A stretch of 64,000 nt of DNA. Source: an uncultured Prevotella sp. (lineage in GTDB: Bacteria; Bacteroidota; Bacteroidia; Bacteroidales; Bacteroidaceae). Each line of letters opens with the position of its first letter. Positions within the stretch are counted from its first letter, which is position 1. The stretch spans positions 35,408 through 99,407 of the forward strand of contig CABQKA010000002.1 of assembly GCA_902464615.1 (NCBI GenBank), written 5' to 3'. A program made the translations under genes and the position numbers. Of this stretch, positions 31,363 through 42,009 are shown piece after piece. Below the pieces are notes generated by a model. The model did no database searches and was not told the DNA's origin. It saw only the letters and a program-made list of their open reading frames with translations.

Positions 31363-33954
31363 ATGAACGCTATCTTAAAGAAAATCCTGCCCGACTTTGT
31401 CGCCGTCGTGCTTTTCATGCTGATCAGCTTCGCCTACTCTTATGTGCCGGTGAGCCAGGGCATGGTCCTCGGCGGCCACGACTCGACCGCCTCCATCGGT
31501 CAGGGACAGGAACAGACCGACTATAAGGAACGCCACGACGGCGAGGTGACGCGCTGGACCAACTCCATGTTCAGCGGCATGCCTACTTACCAGATTTCGC
31601 CCTCCTACGGCCCTACGCAGCTGTTGGGCAAGATTTCCAACCTTTACGGGCTGACGACGACCGGCGTGCTTTGCTACGTCTTCATCCTCCTGCTCGGTTT
31701 CTACATCCTCTTGCGGGCTTTCAACTTCAAGCCTTGGCTTTCGGCCTTGGGGGCTGTCCTCTGGGCCTTTTCCTCGTATTTCTTCATCATCATCGCGGCG
31801 GGCCACATCTGGAAAGTCATGACGCTGGCCTTCATCCCGCCCACCATCGCCGGCCTCGTGCTCTGCTACCGCGGCCGCCTGCTTTGGGGCGGTGCCGTCA
31901 CGGCGTTGTTCACGGCTTTCCAAGTGCAGTCGAACCACGTACAGATGACCTACTACTTCCTCTTTGTCATGTTCCTCTTTGTCGTGGCCTACGGCATCGC
32001 GGCCCTGCGGGGCGGCCGGCTTTCCGCTTCCCTGACGCCCGGTGCCTGGCTGCGGGCCACGGGGGTCGTGATTGTGGCGGGACTGCTCGGCGTCGCGGCC
32101 AACCTGCCTAACCTCTACCACACATACGAGTACAGCAAGCAGACGATGCGCGGCGGCTCGGAGTTGACGCCGCTGCCTGCCGCCGGCGGGCAGCAGCAGG
32201 CCGGGACAAAGGGCGGCGGTCTGGAATACGACTACATCACGCAGTGGAGCTACGGCATCGACGAGACGATGACGCTCCTTGTCCCCAACTTCAAGGGCGG
32301 CGGTTCGGGCAGCGTCGTGACGGAGGAAAACTATTACGACGAACCGGTACAGCAGCTTGTCAGCTACGCCCAGCCCGTGCAGCAATACCTCGACTCGCAC
32401 CCGGTGGAGGGCGGCGCGCTTCCCGGTCTCAACCAGTATTGGGGCGATCAGCCCATGACCGTCGGGCCGGTTTATGTCGGCGCGTTCGTCTGCTTCCTCT
32501 TCCTGTTGGGCCTTTTCGTGGTGCGCGGCCCGGTGAAGTGGGCGCTCGCGGCCGCCACTGTGGTCTCGCTGCTCTTTGCCTGGGGGCACAACGTCCCGGC
32601 CGTGACACGCTTCTTCATTGACTATCTGCCGATGTATAACAAGTTCCGCACGGTGTCCTCGGCCCTGGTCATCGCGGAGTTCACCATGCCGCTGCTGGCC
32701 ATGTTCGCCCTGGCCGAGACGCTGACCCGTCCCGGCTGGGCACAGTCGCGGCGCGGCCGCATCGGCCTCGGCGTGGCCGGCGCGCTGACGGCCGGCGTCT
32801 GCCTGCTGCTCTGGCTTTTCCCGGGCCTGGCCGGCGGCTGTCTCTCCTCCAGTGAGGCCACGACGATGGAAGCCCTGGCCAAGAGCGGGGCTTTCGACGC
32901 CCAGTTCCTTAGCGAATATGCCGGCGCCATTGCCGGCATCCGCCACGCCGTCCTTTCCCATAGCGCCGGCATCTCCCTGCTCGTGCTGCTGCTCTGCGGC
33001 GCGGTGTTCTACCTCGCCGCTGTGGTCCGCCGCGTGCCGGCTACGGTGGCCTGCGCGGCGCTGGCCGTAGTCTGCCTGGTGGACATGTGGGTGGTCAACA
33101 AGCACTATCTGAACGACGCGAACTTCACCGACCCTTACGTCCGTCTGGAAGGCTTTGCCAAGACGCCTGCCGACGAGCAGATCCTGCAGGACCCCTCGCC
33201 CGAGTACCGCGTCATCAGCTACGCGGCGGGCGACCCCTTCAACGAAAACACCACGAGCTACTGGCACAAGAATGTGGGCGGCTACCATGCGGCCAAGCTC
33301 CAGCGCTACCAGGACCTCATCGACCGCCACTTGCGCAAGGAGTATGCCGACTTTTACGCGCTTCTGGCCTCAACGGGCGGCCACGTCGGGACCGCCAATC
33401 TGGACTCGCTCATCCCGGTGCTCAACATGCTCAATACGAAATATTTCATCGTGACGCCTGAGTTGGCCGTGCAGAATCCCGCCGCCAACGGCAACGGATG
33501 GTTCGTGCGCAGCGTGAAGTTCGTCGACGGCGCCGACGCCGAGATGGCCGGGCTCACGGGGCTCGACACGAAGCGCGCCGCCGTGGCCGACGCCCGCTTC
33601 CGTCCGCAGCTCGACGGTTCGGCCCTCGACAGCGGCAGCGTCCGGTTGACGTCCTACGAGCCGAACGAGCTGCACTACGACGTCAGCTCCGCCCGCGGCG
33701 GCCTTGTGGTCTTCTCCGAGATATTCTATCCGGGCTGGACGGCCACAATCGACGGGAAGCCGGCCGAGCTGGGCCGCGCCGACTACGTGCTGCGGGCCCT
33801 CAAGGTGCCGGCCGGCAGCCACAAGGTGGTCCTCGAGTTCCGGCCCGCCTCCGTCAGCACCACCAACGCCATCGCCTATGCCGCGCTGGCCGTCGTGATG
33901 CTCTGCTTCGTCGGGGCGCTTGTCCTCGTCGTGGTCCGTCGGTCCAAGTCCTGA
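31363..33954 (+). CDS. YfhO family multi-pass membrane protein
   Basis: WTNSMFSGMPTYQ, YWGDQP...GPVYVG, GGYHAAKLQRYQD, FSEIFYPGW.ATIDG..RADYVLRAL. Confidence 0.9.
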   Translation: MNAILKKILPDFVAVVLFMLISFAYSYVPVSQGMVLGGHDSTASIGQGQEQTDYKERHDGEVTRWTNSMFSGMPTYQISPSYGPTQLLGKISNLYGLTTTGVLCYVFILLLGFYILLRAFNFKPWLSALGAVLWAFSSYFFIIIAAGHIWKVMTLAFIPPTIAGLVLCYRGRLLWGGAVTALFTAFQVQSNHVQMTYYFLFVMFLFVVAYGIAALRGGRLSASLTPGAWLRATGVVIVAGLLGVAANLPNLYHTYEYSKQTMRGGSELTPLPAAGGQQQAGTKGGGLEYDYITQWSYGIDETMTLLVPNFKGGGSGSVVTEENYYDEPVQQLVSYAQPVQQYLDSHPVEGGALPGLNQYWGDQPMTVGPVYVGAFVCFLFLLGLFVVRGPVKWALAAATVVSLLFAWGHNVPAVTRFFIDYLPMYNKFRTVSSALVIAEFTMPLLAMFALAETLTRPGWAQSRRGRIGLGVAGALTAGVCLLLWLFPGLAGGCLSSSEATTMEALAKSGAFDAQFLSEYAGAIAGIRHAVLSHSAGISLLVLLLCGAVFYLAAVVRRVPATVACAALAVVCLVDMWVVNKHYLNDANFTDPYVRLEGFAKTPADEQILQDPSPEYRVISYAAGDPFNENTTSYWHKNVGGYHAAKLQRYQDLIDRHLRKEYADFYALLASTGGHVGTANLDSLIPVLNMLNTKYFIVTPELAVQNPAANGNGWFVRSVKFVDGADAEMAGLTGLDTKRAAVADARFRPQLDGSALDSGSVRLTSYEPNELHYDVSSARGGLVVFSEIFYPGWTATIDGKPAELGRADYVLRALKVPAGSHKVVLEFRPASVSTTNAIAYAALAVVMLCFVGALVLVVVRRSKS

Positions 33955-34033
33955 CGCGCCTTAGCGGCGCAGCCACGGGGCTTAGTCCGGTGCAAACCGG
34001 GCTAAGCCCCGTTTTTTCTGCCCTTAGGCCCGT
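33954..34033. repeat. 21-bp-period palindromic array, locus F (4 units)
   Basis: Cores at 33960, 33981, 34002, 34023. Confidence 0.9.
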
Positions 34034-34137
34034 GGCCGCGGGCAGGGGGCGGAAGGAGAAAAGGAGTGGAAAATTTGGCCCTTCCCCCGGCTTGCCGTAT
34101 TTTTGCACTACGGATTGAAATCACTACACGAAAGATT

Positions 34138-35241
34138 ATGAGTTTACAATGTGGCATCGTCGGTTTGCCGAACGTGGGCAAGTCGACGCTCTTCAACTGT
34201 CTGAGCAACGCCAAGGCGCAGTCCGCCAACTTCCCCTTTTGCACCATCGAGCCGAACGTGGGCATGATCACCGTCCCCGACGAGCGCTTGAACCGTCTGG
34301 CCGAACTGGTCCATCCGGGCCGCATCGTGCCCACGACAGTAGAGATCGTCGACATCGCAGGACTGGTGAAGGGCGCCTCGAAAGGCGAAGGCTTGGGCAA
34401 CCAGTTCTTGGGCAACATCCGCGAGACGGACGCCATCATCCACGTACTGCGTTGCTTTGACGACGACAACGTGGTCCATGTGGACGGTTCGGTGGACCCC
34501 GTGCGCGACAAGGGCATCATCGACACCGAACTGCAGCTGAAGGACCTCGAAACGGTGGAAAACCGCCTGCGCCGCGTGGAGAAGACCGCCCTCATGGGCG
34601 GCGACAAGGCAGCCAAGACGGAGTATGGCGTGCTGCAGGCCTACCGCGCCGCACTGGAGCAGGGCAAGTCGGCCCGCACCGTGCAGTTCGAGACGAAAGA
34701 GGAGCAGAAGGCGGCGAAAGGCCTCTTTCTGCTCACGTCGAAGCCCGTGCTCTACGTCTGCAACGTGGACGAGGCATCGGCCGCACGCGGCAACGCCTAC
34801 GTGGAGCGCGTGCGCGAAGCCGTGGCCGAGGAGGGCGCGCAGGTGCTGGTGCTGGCCGCACAGACGGAGGCCGACATCGCCGAACTGGAGACCTACGAGG
34901 AGCGCCAGCTCTTCCTGCAGGACATCGGCCTGGAGGAAAGCGGATGCAACCGCCTGGTCAAGGCCGCCTATGCCTTGCTCGACCTGGAGACGTTCATCAC
35001 GGCCGGCGAGATGGAGGTGAAGGCCTGGACCTACCGCCGCGGCTGGAAGGCGCCCCAGTGTGCCGGCGTCATCCACACGGACTTCGAAAAAGGCTTCATC
35101 CGCGCCGAAGTCATCAAGTACGACGACTACGTGCGCTGCGGTTCGGAAGCGGCCGTGCGCGAGGCCGGGCTGCTCCATGTGGAGGGGAAGGACTACGTCG
35201 TGCAGGACGGCGACATCATGCACTTCCGCTTTAATGTCTAA
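34138..35241 (+). CDS. ychF: Redox-regulated ATPase YchF
   Basis: GLPNVGKSTLFN, NFPFCTIEPN, DIAGLVKGASKGEGLGNQFL, GVIHTDFEKGFIRAE; -7 box TATTTTTG at 34098-34105. Confidence 0.97.
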   Translation: MSLQCGIVGLPNVGKSTLFNCLSNAKAQSANFPFCTIEPNVGMITVPDERLNRLAELVHPGRIVPTTVEIVDIAGLVKGASKGEGLGNQFLGNIRETDAIIHVLRCFDDDNVVHVDGSVDPVRDKGIIDTELQLKDLETVENRLRRVEKTALMGGDKAAKTEYGVLQAYRAALEQGKSARTVQFETKEEQKAAKGLFLLTSKPVLYVCNVDEASAARGNAYVERVREAVAEEGAQVLVLAAQTEADIAELETYEERQLFLQDIGLEESGCNRLVKAAYALLDLETFITAGEMEVKAWTYRRGWKAPQCAGVIHTDFEKGFIRAEVIKYDDYVRCGSEAAVREAGLLHVEGKDYVVQDGDIMHFRFNV

Positions 35242-35267
35242 CCCCCTGCCCTACCGGAACCTTAGCC

Positions 35268-36143
35268 ATGACACTGCTTCACATCGTCTGGGACGTGAGC
35301 GAGACGGCGTTGCACATCGGCTCTTTCGAGCTGCGCTGGTATTCGCTCCTCTGGTGCGTGGGCCTGGCGCTGGCCTACGTCATCGTCTACAAGCTCTACC
35401 GGGAGCAGAAAATCCCGATGGAGAAGTTCGACCCCCTCTTCTTCTACTGCTTCATCGGCATCCTGGTGGGTGCGCGTCTGGGCCACTGCCTCCTTTACGA
35501 GCCGGCCTATTTCCTCTCCCACCCCGTCGAGATGTTCCTCCCCGTCCGCGAGACGGCCGACGGCTGGCGCTGCACGGGATATAGCGGCCTGGCCTCGCAC
35601 GGCGGGACGCTGGGCCTCATCCTGGCCTTGTGGCTCTACGTGCGCCGCACGAAGCTGAACATCATGCGCGTGGTGGACAACATCGCCATAGCCACGCCCG
35701 TGACGGCCTGCTGCATCCGTCTGGGAAACCTGATGAACTCGGAAATCGTAGGCAAGCCGACGGGGACGGACTACGGCTTCATCTTTCCGAACAGTTCGGA
35801 GGCCTTCAGCCGTGCCCTGCCCTGCCACCCTGCCCAGCTCTACGAGGCGGTGGCCTACCTCGTCTTTTTCTTTGTCGGCTGGTGGTTCTACCGCCGCTAC
35901 AAGGAGCGCGTGGGCACGGGCTTCTTCTTCGGCTGGTGCCTGACGTCCATCTTCACGTTCCGCTTTTTCGTGGAATTTTTCAAGGCCGTGCAGGAACCGT
36001 GGGAACTGGACCTCGTCGCGGCCATAGGGCTGAATCAGGGGCAAGTGTTGAGTATCCCCTTTGTGATAATCGGCCTTTACTGCATGCTGGGCGGCAAGTG
36101 GTGCCGGCGGTTGGGCGAGCCCCGCGCGAAGCGGCCGGCCTGA
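35268..36143 (+). CDS. lgt: Prolipoprotein diacylglyceryl transferase
   Basis: LRWYS, GARLGH, GLASHGG, IRLGNLMNSEIVG, HPAQLYE. Confidence 0.95.
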   Translation: MTLLHIVWDVSETALHIGSFELRWYSLLWCVGLALAYVIVYKLYREQKIPMEKFDPLFFYCFIGILVGARLGHCLLYEPAYFLSHPVEMFLPVRETADGWRCTGYSGLASHGGTLGLILALWLYVRRTKLNIMRVVDNIAIATPVTACCIRLGNLMNSEIVGKPTGTDYGFIFPNSSEAFSRALPCHPAQLYEAVAYLVFFFVGWWFYRRYKERVGTGFFFGWCLTSIFTFRFFVEFFKAVQEPWELDLVAAIGLNQGQVLSIPFVIIGLYCMLGGKWCRRLGEPRAKRPA

Positions 36144-36207
36144 GGCTGCCGGCCCGTCCGGCGTCGTGCCACCGGCCCGTCCGGCCCTCCCTTGAGGATA
36201 TGAAAGA

Positions 36208-36244
36208 AAAAGACGCTTCCCCGCCGTGCGGCCGGGAAGCGTCG
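36208..36244. terminator. Hairpin between convergent lgt and sialidase
   Basis: GACGCTTCCC / GGGAAGCGTC stem preceded by an A-tract (T-tract on minus). Confidence 0.7.
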
Positions 36245-36277
36245 CTGCTTTGAAGCCGGGGCCGTATCCCGGCTTTT

Positions 36278-39200
36278 TTATTTCAGGATGACCTTACGGC
36301 CGTCTGACGTGACGTAGACTCCGCTGCCGGGCTTCTCCACGCGGCGTCCGCTCAAATCGTAGTAGACTGGCTCACCCTGCGGTGTGGCGGCGGGTTGGGT
36401 TATGCCGGTGACGAGCTGCTCGGGCGTGAGGACGTATTGCGGCGTCTCGTTGCTTCCGGCCGTGAAGTAGGCCTGGTTGGCCGCAATCTGGCCTGTGGCG
36501 GCCTCGCGCAGGCGGAATACACCCTGTGTGCCGTCTCCCTGGAGCAGATATACGTTCTCACCGCTCACGGAGACGGCCTTCAGCGTGCCGCTCAGGAGGT
36601 TTCCTTCCAGGGCCGGGACATCGGCCACGATGGGCAGGAGACAGCTCTCTGCCGCCGTTTCCACGATGACGGGCGTCTGTGCCGGCACGGTGCCTTCTAC
36701 TTCAGCGATGCGCAGGGCGGGGATATCGCCGTCGGCTGTGCCGTAGTCGGTGACGGTGTAGGCTTTCACGTCCTCCGGCAACTGTACGGCAAACGGGTAG
36801 CAGGCAGTGGCCCATCCGCCGGATACGGCCAGTTCCTGTGCGTCAACCGGCTCGATGTACCAGCGCGAGCCTTCTTCGTTGCTCGTCCAGGGCACGAGGC
36901 GGCGACAGTCGGCGGCCAGGTGGAGGGCATTGTAGGTGGCGTTGGCGCCGTTGGTGCAGATGATGGCGCTCTTGCCGTCGGGCGCGGACTGTACGGAGTA
37001 GATGCCGGCGGCCGCGCTTTCGGCGACCGGAGTCTCCTGTTCTACGGCGCGGGTGGCGCCGGCGAAGGAGGCGGCGTTGCCGTTGTAGAGCGTCCACGTA
37101 TTGTTGCCGCTACGGCGGAAGGTGAAGAGCTGGTCGGCGTCGGTCGTGACAGACGCTTCGACCGTGAGCGTCGATGTGCCCGGTACGAGGTAGAGCGTGG
37201 CGTTCCGGCGCCCTACGTTGCGCAGGCGGTACCATTGCCCTTCCTCAATGCCGATGAGTCCGCCGGCAAGTTCGCGGTTGAAGGCGGCGTAGTCCTCAAG
37301 TTCTCCCGTCTCGGCGAATCGGGCGAGAGCGGCTTCCAGTCCGGCGCGGCTATCGGGTGAGGTGGTGCCCACGTAGCCGGAGAAGTCGACGGAGTTCATG
37401 CGGCTTTCCACGCCGGCCTGGCGCATGAAGGCGGCGCGGTCCTCCGTGTCGGGCGCGTAGCTGTAGGCGCCGTCCGTGAGGCCTTCGAGGCTGTATTGCT
37501 TGTAGACCATCGTGTAGTCCGCGTCGTGCAGGCGCTCCTCGTAGTAGAAGGCGATGGAGTCGTTGGCCTGCATGGTCATTGTGGAGTAGGCGGAGTTGAG
37601 GTAACTGCTCTGGTGGCTACCGTCCCAGCCGGCGGCAAATTCGGCAGGGGTGGCGAAGTCGGCAAACGTTTCCAGCACTTTCCAGTAAATGCCGACGTTG
37701 GCACGGCCCGGGCCGAGCGGGAGCGACTGCAAGGCCACGTAGACGTTGGCGCCGTCGCTGTTGCGGCGGGCCGGCACGATGAGAATCTCGCCGTTAGTGC
37801 TGTTGCTCTGGCAGCTTACGCCTCCTTCGTAACCCTCGGAGGCCACGGCCTGGTTCCAGAAGCCTTCGGCCTTGGCCACGTCGGTATAGGAGAAGAGGTT
37901 ATAGTAGCGTCCGCCGTTCTTGCGCGAGCTGAGCACGACGCTGCCGTCCGGCAGCTCCTCGCACTTGGGTTCGTCGCCGGCGGCGGCAGGGGAAGCGTCG
38001 GTGGTGCCGAGGGCGTGCCACGTCTGGCCGAAGTCGTCCGAGTAGATTACGCGGTTACCGCCGGGGCGTGCGCACAGGGCGGCGTACAGGCGGTAGTATT
38101 CGCCCACCTTTACGTAGCGGCTCTGGCAGATGCGGCCCGAGCCGAAGAAAAGCCCGGCCACGTTGCCCAGGGCACTGCCGTCGAAGAGGGAATAAATGGA
38201 TTCCGTGATGTCTTCCGGGGCGGACCAGGTACGGCCGTTATCCTCGCTGTACAGGCGTGCCACGCGGATGGGAGACTGGCGGGTGGAGGAGCCGTAGACT
38301 ACGTTGCCGGCGGCACAAATGAGTAGCACACGGTCGCTTTCATGGTCGGCCACGAGCGCGGCGTCGCCGTAGCCCGTGTCAGGACGATTTGCGATGCCTG
38401 TGCCGTCTGCCACGGTGAAGGCTTCGCCCCACGTCTGGCCGTTGTCCGTACTGATGCGGCCCACGATGTCTACGTGCCCATAGCCGATGTCTGCGCCGCA
38501 GGGACGGTAGTCGGAGAGCGCGAGCAGGGCGCCGTCGTGTGTCCGGGCGATGGCAGGGATGCGGTAGGGCACGCCGCCTGAGCGGGTCACGAAGAGTTCG
38601 GTGTAAGCCTCGGCGGGTGCTCCGCCCGGCGCTACCTTAACGATGAAGCGTGCGGTGCGTGCCGCCTTTGTCGTGTTGTCTGCGGACGCGACGGTGAAGG
38701 AAGCGCTCCGTTCGCCCGGCCCCACGACGCTGACGCTCGCTGTGCCGTTGCCGGCGCACGTGACGGCGTCGCCGCCGGCCGGGGTGACGGTCATGTCGGT
38801 CCCTGCGGCGTTGGTGAAGTCGAACGAGTAACCGGCGATGACGTAGCCCTGGTCGGCCGTGAGCGTGTAGGTGCTGCCGCCTTGGGTGGCGTAGCAGTCG
38901 ATGGACGTGCCCGCGGCGGCCATGTCGTTGCGGGCGGTGGTGAGCGTGAGGCCCGGCGATGTGGCGTTGCTGGCCCATGCGGAGGCGTAGGTGCCGTTTC
39001 CGTTGGTGGCGGTGAATACGCCGTTAGCCATGTCCACGACGAAGGCTGTGGTGCCCGCCTCGTCCTGCGGCCCGGCTTCTTCGGGCCCGCCTTCCGTGCT
39101 GTCGTAGAGTATCACGCGCGACAGGCCGATGAAACAGCCGCCGTTGTCCGTGCCCTTTGAGGCCGTGATGCGGAGGCACAGCGAGCCGTCGGGCTCAGGC

Positions 39201-39721
39201 GTAGCCGCTGTCCCGGCCTCGAGCACCGGTAGCGATGGCTGTGATGTGTTCAGGTCGTAGTCTGTCAAGGCGGCAAAGTCCGTGAGGCTTTCTTCGCTGG
39301 CTCCCTGCAGGGCGGTCAGGTTCCATTCCCTTACCTGTCCCGGAGTCTGGTAAGCGCCCTGTGCGTTGAGGGCGCGGGTTTCGAGCTGTATGCGGTCGAA
39401 GGCGAATTCCGGTGCCAGGCCGGAGATGTTGACCGTAAAGGAAATTTCCTCGCCGGCCGTAGCGTTAATGTCGGGGCAGAGTACAGAAGGCGTCACGCCC
39501 GTTCCCGCGGTCTTCATGTCGTGTGATACGGCCAGCGTGGCCCGGGCGCCCGGAACGGGCTGCCCGTTTTCGTCCGTAAGTCCTACGGCGACTTCGTTGG
39601 CGGTGGCGCCGGCGCGGGTGAAAGAGAGGCGTACCCGTTCCTGGGCGTCGAGTTCCGCTGCCAGCGCCGGGCCGGCCAGTGCCAGGAGCAGTGCTCCCGC
39701 GCGGAGTAAGTATTTTTTCAT
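36278..39721 (-). CDS. Multidomain GH33 sialidase with T9SS-type C-terminal domain
   Basis: YRIP motif; Asp-boxes STDNGQTW, SEDNGRTW, SDDFGQTW; SAYS; C-terminus TGI...YYDLSGRRV...GVY...GRKV. Confidence 0.88.
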   Translation of the reverse strand: MKKYLLRAGALLLALAGPALAAELDAQERVRLSFTRAGATANEVAVGLTDENGQPVPGARATLAVSHDMKTAGTGVTPSVLCPDINATAGEEISFTVNISGLAPEFAFDRIQLETRALNAQGAYQTPGQVREWNLTALQGASEESLTDFAALTDYDLNTSQPSLPVLEAGTAATPEPDGSLCLRITASKGTDNGGCFIGLSRVILYDSTEGGPEEAGPQDEAGTTAFVVDMANGVFTATNGNGTYASAWASNATSPGLTLTTARNDMAAAGTSIDCYATQGGSTYTLTADQGYVIAGYSFDFTNAAGTDMTVTPAGGDAVTCAGNGTASVSVVGPGERSASFTVASADNTTKAARTARFIVKVAPGGAPAEAYTELFVTRSGGVPYRIPAIARTHDGALLALSDYRPCGADIGYGHVDIVGRISTDNGQTWGEAFTVADGTGIANRPDTGYGDAALVADHESDRVLLICAAGNVVYGSSTRQSPIRVARLYSEDNGRTWSAPEDITESIYSLFDGSALGNVAGLFFGSGRICQSRYVKVGEYYRLYAALCARPGGNRVIYSDDFGQTWHALGTTDASPAAAGDEPKCEELPDGSVVLSSRKNGGRYYNLFSYTDVAKAEGFWNQAVASEGYEGGVSCQSNSTNGEILIVPARRNSDGANVYVALQSLPLGPGRANVGIYWKVLETFADFATPAEFAAGWDGSHQSSYLNSAYSTMTMQANDSIAFYYEERLHDADYTMVYKQYSLEGLTDGAYSYAPDTEDRAAFMRQAGVESRMNSVDFSGYVGTTSPDSRAGLEAALARFAETGELEDYAAFNRELAGGLIGIEEGQWYRLRNVGRRNATLYLVPGTSTLTVEASVTTDADQLFTFRRSGNNTWTLYNGNAASFAGATRAVEQETPVAESAAAGIYSVQSAPDGKSAIICTNGANATYNALHLAADCRRLVPWTSNEEGSRWYIEPVDAQELAVSGGWATACYPFAVQLPEDVKAYTVTDYGTADGDIPALRIAEVEGTVPAQTPVIVETAAESCLLPIVADVPALEGNLLSGTLKAVSVSGENVYLLQGDGTQGVFRLREAATGQIAANQAYFTAGSNETPQYVLTPEQLVTGITQPAATPQGEPVYYDLSGRRVEKPGSGVYVTSDGRKVILK

Positions 39722-39778
39722 AGACAATAGCTGCTTTAGTAAAATCGTTGATAAGGATGCGGGCCGGGGGTGGCGGCG

Positions 39779-40780
39779 TTATTTCAACAGGTCCTTGATG
39801 TCTTCCTTGCCGATTTTCGAGAAGTTGTCGCGCATGGCGGTGTCGCCCTTGAGGTTCTCGAGGCGGTAGAAGTCCATGAAGCCCATGTTGCCGTCGCGCA
39901 GGGCTTGTGCCAGGGCCTTGGGCACTTCGGCTTCGGCCTGTATCACTTCGGCGCGGGCTTCCTGGGCCTTGGCCTTCATTTCCTGTTCCGTGGCCACGGC
40001 CATGGCGCGGCGTTCCTCGGCCTTGGCTTGCGCGATGTTCTTGTCCGCGTTGGCTTGGTCTATCTGCAGGGTCGCGCCGATGTTCTTGCCTACGTCGATG
40101 TCCGCGATGTCGATGGAGAGGATTTCGTAGGCAGTGCCGGCGTCGAGGCCCTTGCGCAGCACGAGCTTCGAGATGGAGTCAGGGTTTTCGAGCACTTCCT
40201 CGTGCGAGTTGGCCGAACCGATGCTCGAGACGATGCCTTCGCCCACGCGCGCCAGGATGGTGTCTTCGCCGGCGCCGCCTACGAGCTGGTGGATGTTGGC
40301 GCGCACGGTGACGCGGGCTTTGGCGATGAGCTGGATGCCGTTTTTGGCGACGGCGGCCACCGGGGGTGTGTCGATGACTTTCGGGTTGACGGACGTCTGC
40401 ACGGCTTCGAACACGTCGCGGCCCGCGAGGTCGATGGCCGTGGCCTTTTCAAACGAAAGGTCGATGTTGGCTTTCGAGGCGGAGACCAGGGCGTGGACCA
40501 CGCGCTGTACGTGGCCGCCCGTCATGTAGTGCGCTTCGAGGTTGTCGCGCGTGATGGTGTGAAGCCCGGCCTTGTGCGCTTCGATGAGGCTTGGGACGAT
40601 GACCGAGGGCGGCACGTTGCGGATGCGCATGAGGAAAAGCTGGATGAGCGAAATCTTTACGCCCGACACCTTGGCCGAGAGCCACAGGAAGAAGGGCACG
40701 AAGTAGAAAAAGATGGACAGCGCCACGACGATGACGACGGCGACGATGACCGGGTAGATGACGGCTACGTTCATAAGCAT
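39779..40780 (-). CDS. floA: Flotillin-like protein FloA (YqfA family)
   Basis: [45 protein letters not shown]. Confidence 0.93.
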   Translation of the reverse strand: MLMNVAVIYPVIVAVVIVVALSIFFYFVPFFLWLSAKVSGVKISLIQLFLMRIRNVPPSVIVPSLIEAHKAGLHTITRDNLEAHYMTGGHVQRVVHALVSASKANIDLSFEKATAIDLAGRDVFEAVQTSVNPKVIDTPPVAAVAKNGIQLIAKARVTVRANIHQLVGGAGEDTILARVGEGIVSSIGSANSHEEVLENPDSISKLVLRKGLDAGTAYEILSIDIADIDVGKNIGATLQIDQANADKNIAQAKAEERRAMAVATEQEMKAKAQEARAEVIQAEAEVPKALAQALRDGNMGFMDFYRLENLKGDTAMRDNFSKIGKEDIKDLLK

Positions 40781-40813
40781 ATGCGGTAAGTTTTAAGGGT
40801 GAATGATTCGTTT

Positions 40814-41866
40814 TTACGGCAAAAGCGTGCGGCCCGCCTCGCGCACCAGTGCGAGCAGGCTGTCTACGGCTTCGGGGCGCGTGGCCCAGCTCGTCACGAA
40901 GCGGACGACGGACTCCTCCTCGCCGCGCGGGCCCCAGTACTCGAAGCTGGCGTGGCGCGCCAGCGCGTCCACGACGGCGGCCGGCAGGCGGAAGAACTGC
41001 TGGTTGGTGGGTGAGGGCACGGCCGGCGCGAAGCCGCAGGCGGCGAAGCCTTCGCGCAGGCGCTGCGCCAGGTCTACGGCGTGGCGGCCCAGCCGGACGT
41101 AAAGCCCGTCGGTGAAGAGCGTGTCGAACTGCAGGCCCAGCAGCCGCCCTTTGGCCAGTACGGCGCCGTGCTGCTTGGCTAGGCTGAAGAAGTGGGGCAG
41201 GCGTCCCGGCTCACGGGCTACGACGGCTTCGCCGAAGAGGGCGCCGACTTTCGTCCCGCCGATGTAGAACACGTCGGCCAGCCGTGCCAGGTCGGGCAGC
41301 GTCACGTCGTTCTCGCGGGCCGCCAGGGCGTAGCCGAGGCGTGCGCCGTCCACGTAGAGCGGGATGCCTGCGCCGCGGCACAAGGCGGAGAGTTCCTCCA
41401 GCTCCTTCAACGAATAGAGCGTGCCCAGTTCCGTGGGCTGGGAAATGTAGACCAGACCCGGGGCCACCATGTGTTCGCGCGTGTCGTCGGCGTCGTAGGC
41501 TTCCAGGCAGGCTTTGAGTCCGGCGGCAGACAGCTTGCCGTCGCGTCCCGGAAGGGCCAGGACTTTATGGCCCGTGGCCTCTATGGCGCCGGCCTCGTGT
41601 ACGTTGATGTGGCCCGTGTCGGCACAGACGGCTCCTTCGTGCCGTCGCAGCAGGGCGTCGATGACCGTCGCGTTGGTCTGTGTGCCGCCGACGAGGAAAT
41701 GCACGGCGGCGTCGGGCGTCCCGCAGGCCTGGCGGATGCGTTCGCGCGCCGAGCGGCAGTAGTCGTCCGTGCCGTATCCCGGCGTCTGTTCCAGGTTGGT
41801 GGCCGCCAGACGGGCGGCGATTTCGGGGCAGGCCCCTTCCATGTAGTCGCAGTCGAAGTGAAGCAT
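40814..41866 (-). CDS. ltaE: Low-specificity L-threonine aldolase
   Basis: GGTQTN, HINVHEAGA, DGARL, IGGTKVG, RFVTSWAT; -7 box TATATTTG at 41942-41949. Confidence 0.88.
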   Translation of the reverse strand: MLHFDCDYMEGACPEIAARLAATNLEQTPGYGTDDYCRSARERIRQACGTPDAAVHFLVGGTQTNATVIDALLRRHEGAVCADTGHINVHEAGAIEATGHKVLALPGRDGKLSAAGLKACLEAYDADDTREHMVAPGLVYISQPTELGTLYSLKELEELSALCRGAGIPLYVDGARLGYALAARENDVTLPDLARLADVFYIGGTKVGALFGEAVVAREPGRLPHFFSLAKQHGAVLAKGRLLGLQFDTLFTDGLYVRLGRHAVDLAQRLREGFAACGFAPAVPSPTNQQFFRLPAAVVDALARHASFEYWGPRGEEESVVRFVTSWATRPEAVDSLLALVREAGRTLLP

Positions 41867-42009
41867 GTTTTTGCAGTGTGTGGGCAGGCCGGTGCGTACC
41901 GCGTTGCCGGACGTTGGTCACGGGCGGGCGGCTCTGCCTTGCAAATATAGTGATTCCGTGAGGATTGGCGGCGCTTTTCCGGAATATATTTCTTGCTTCC
42001 TTTTATCCC

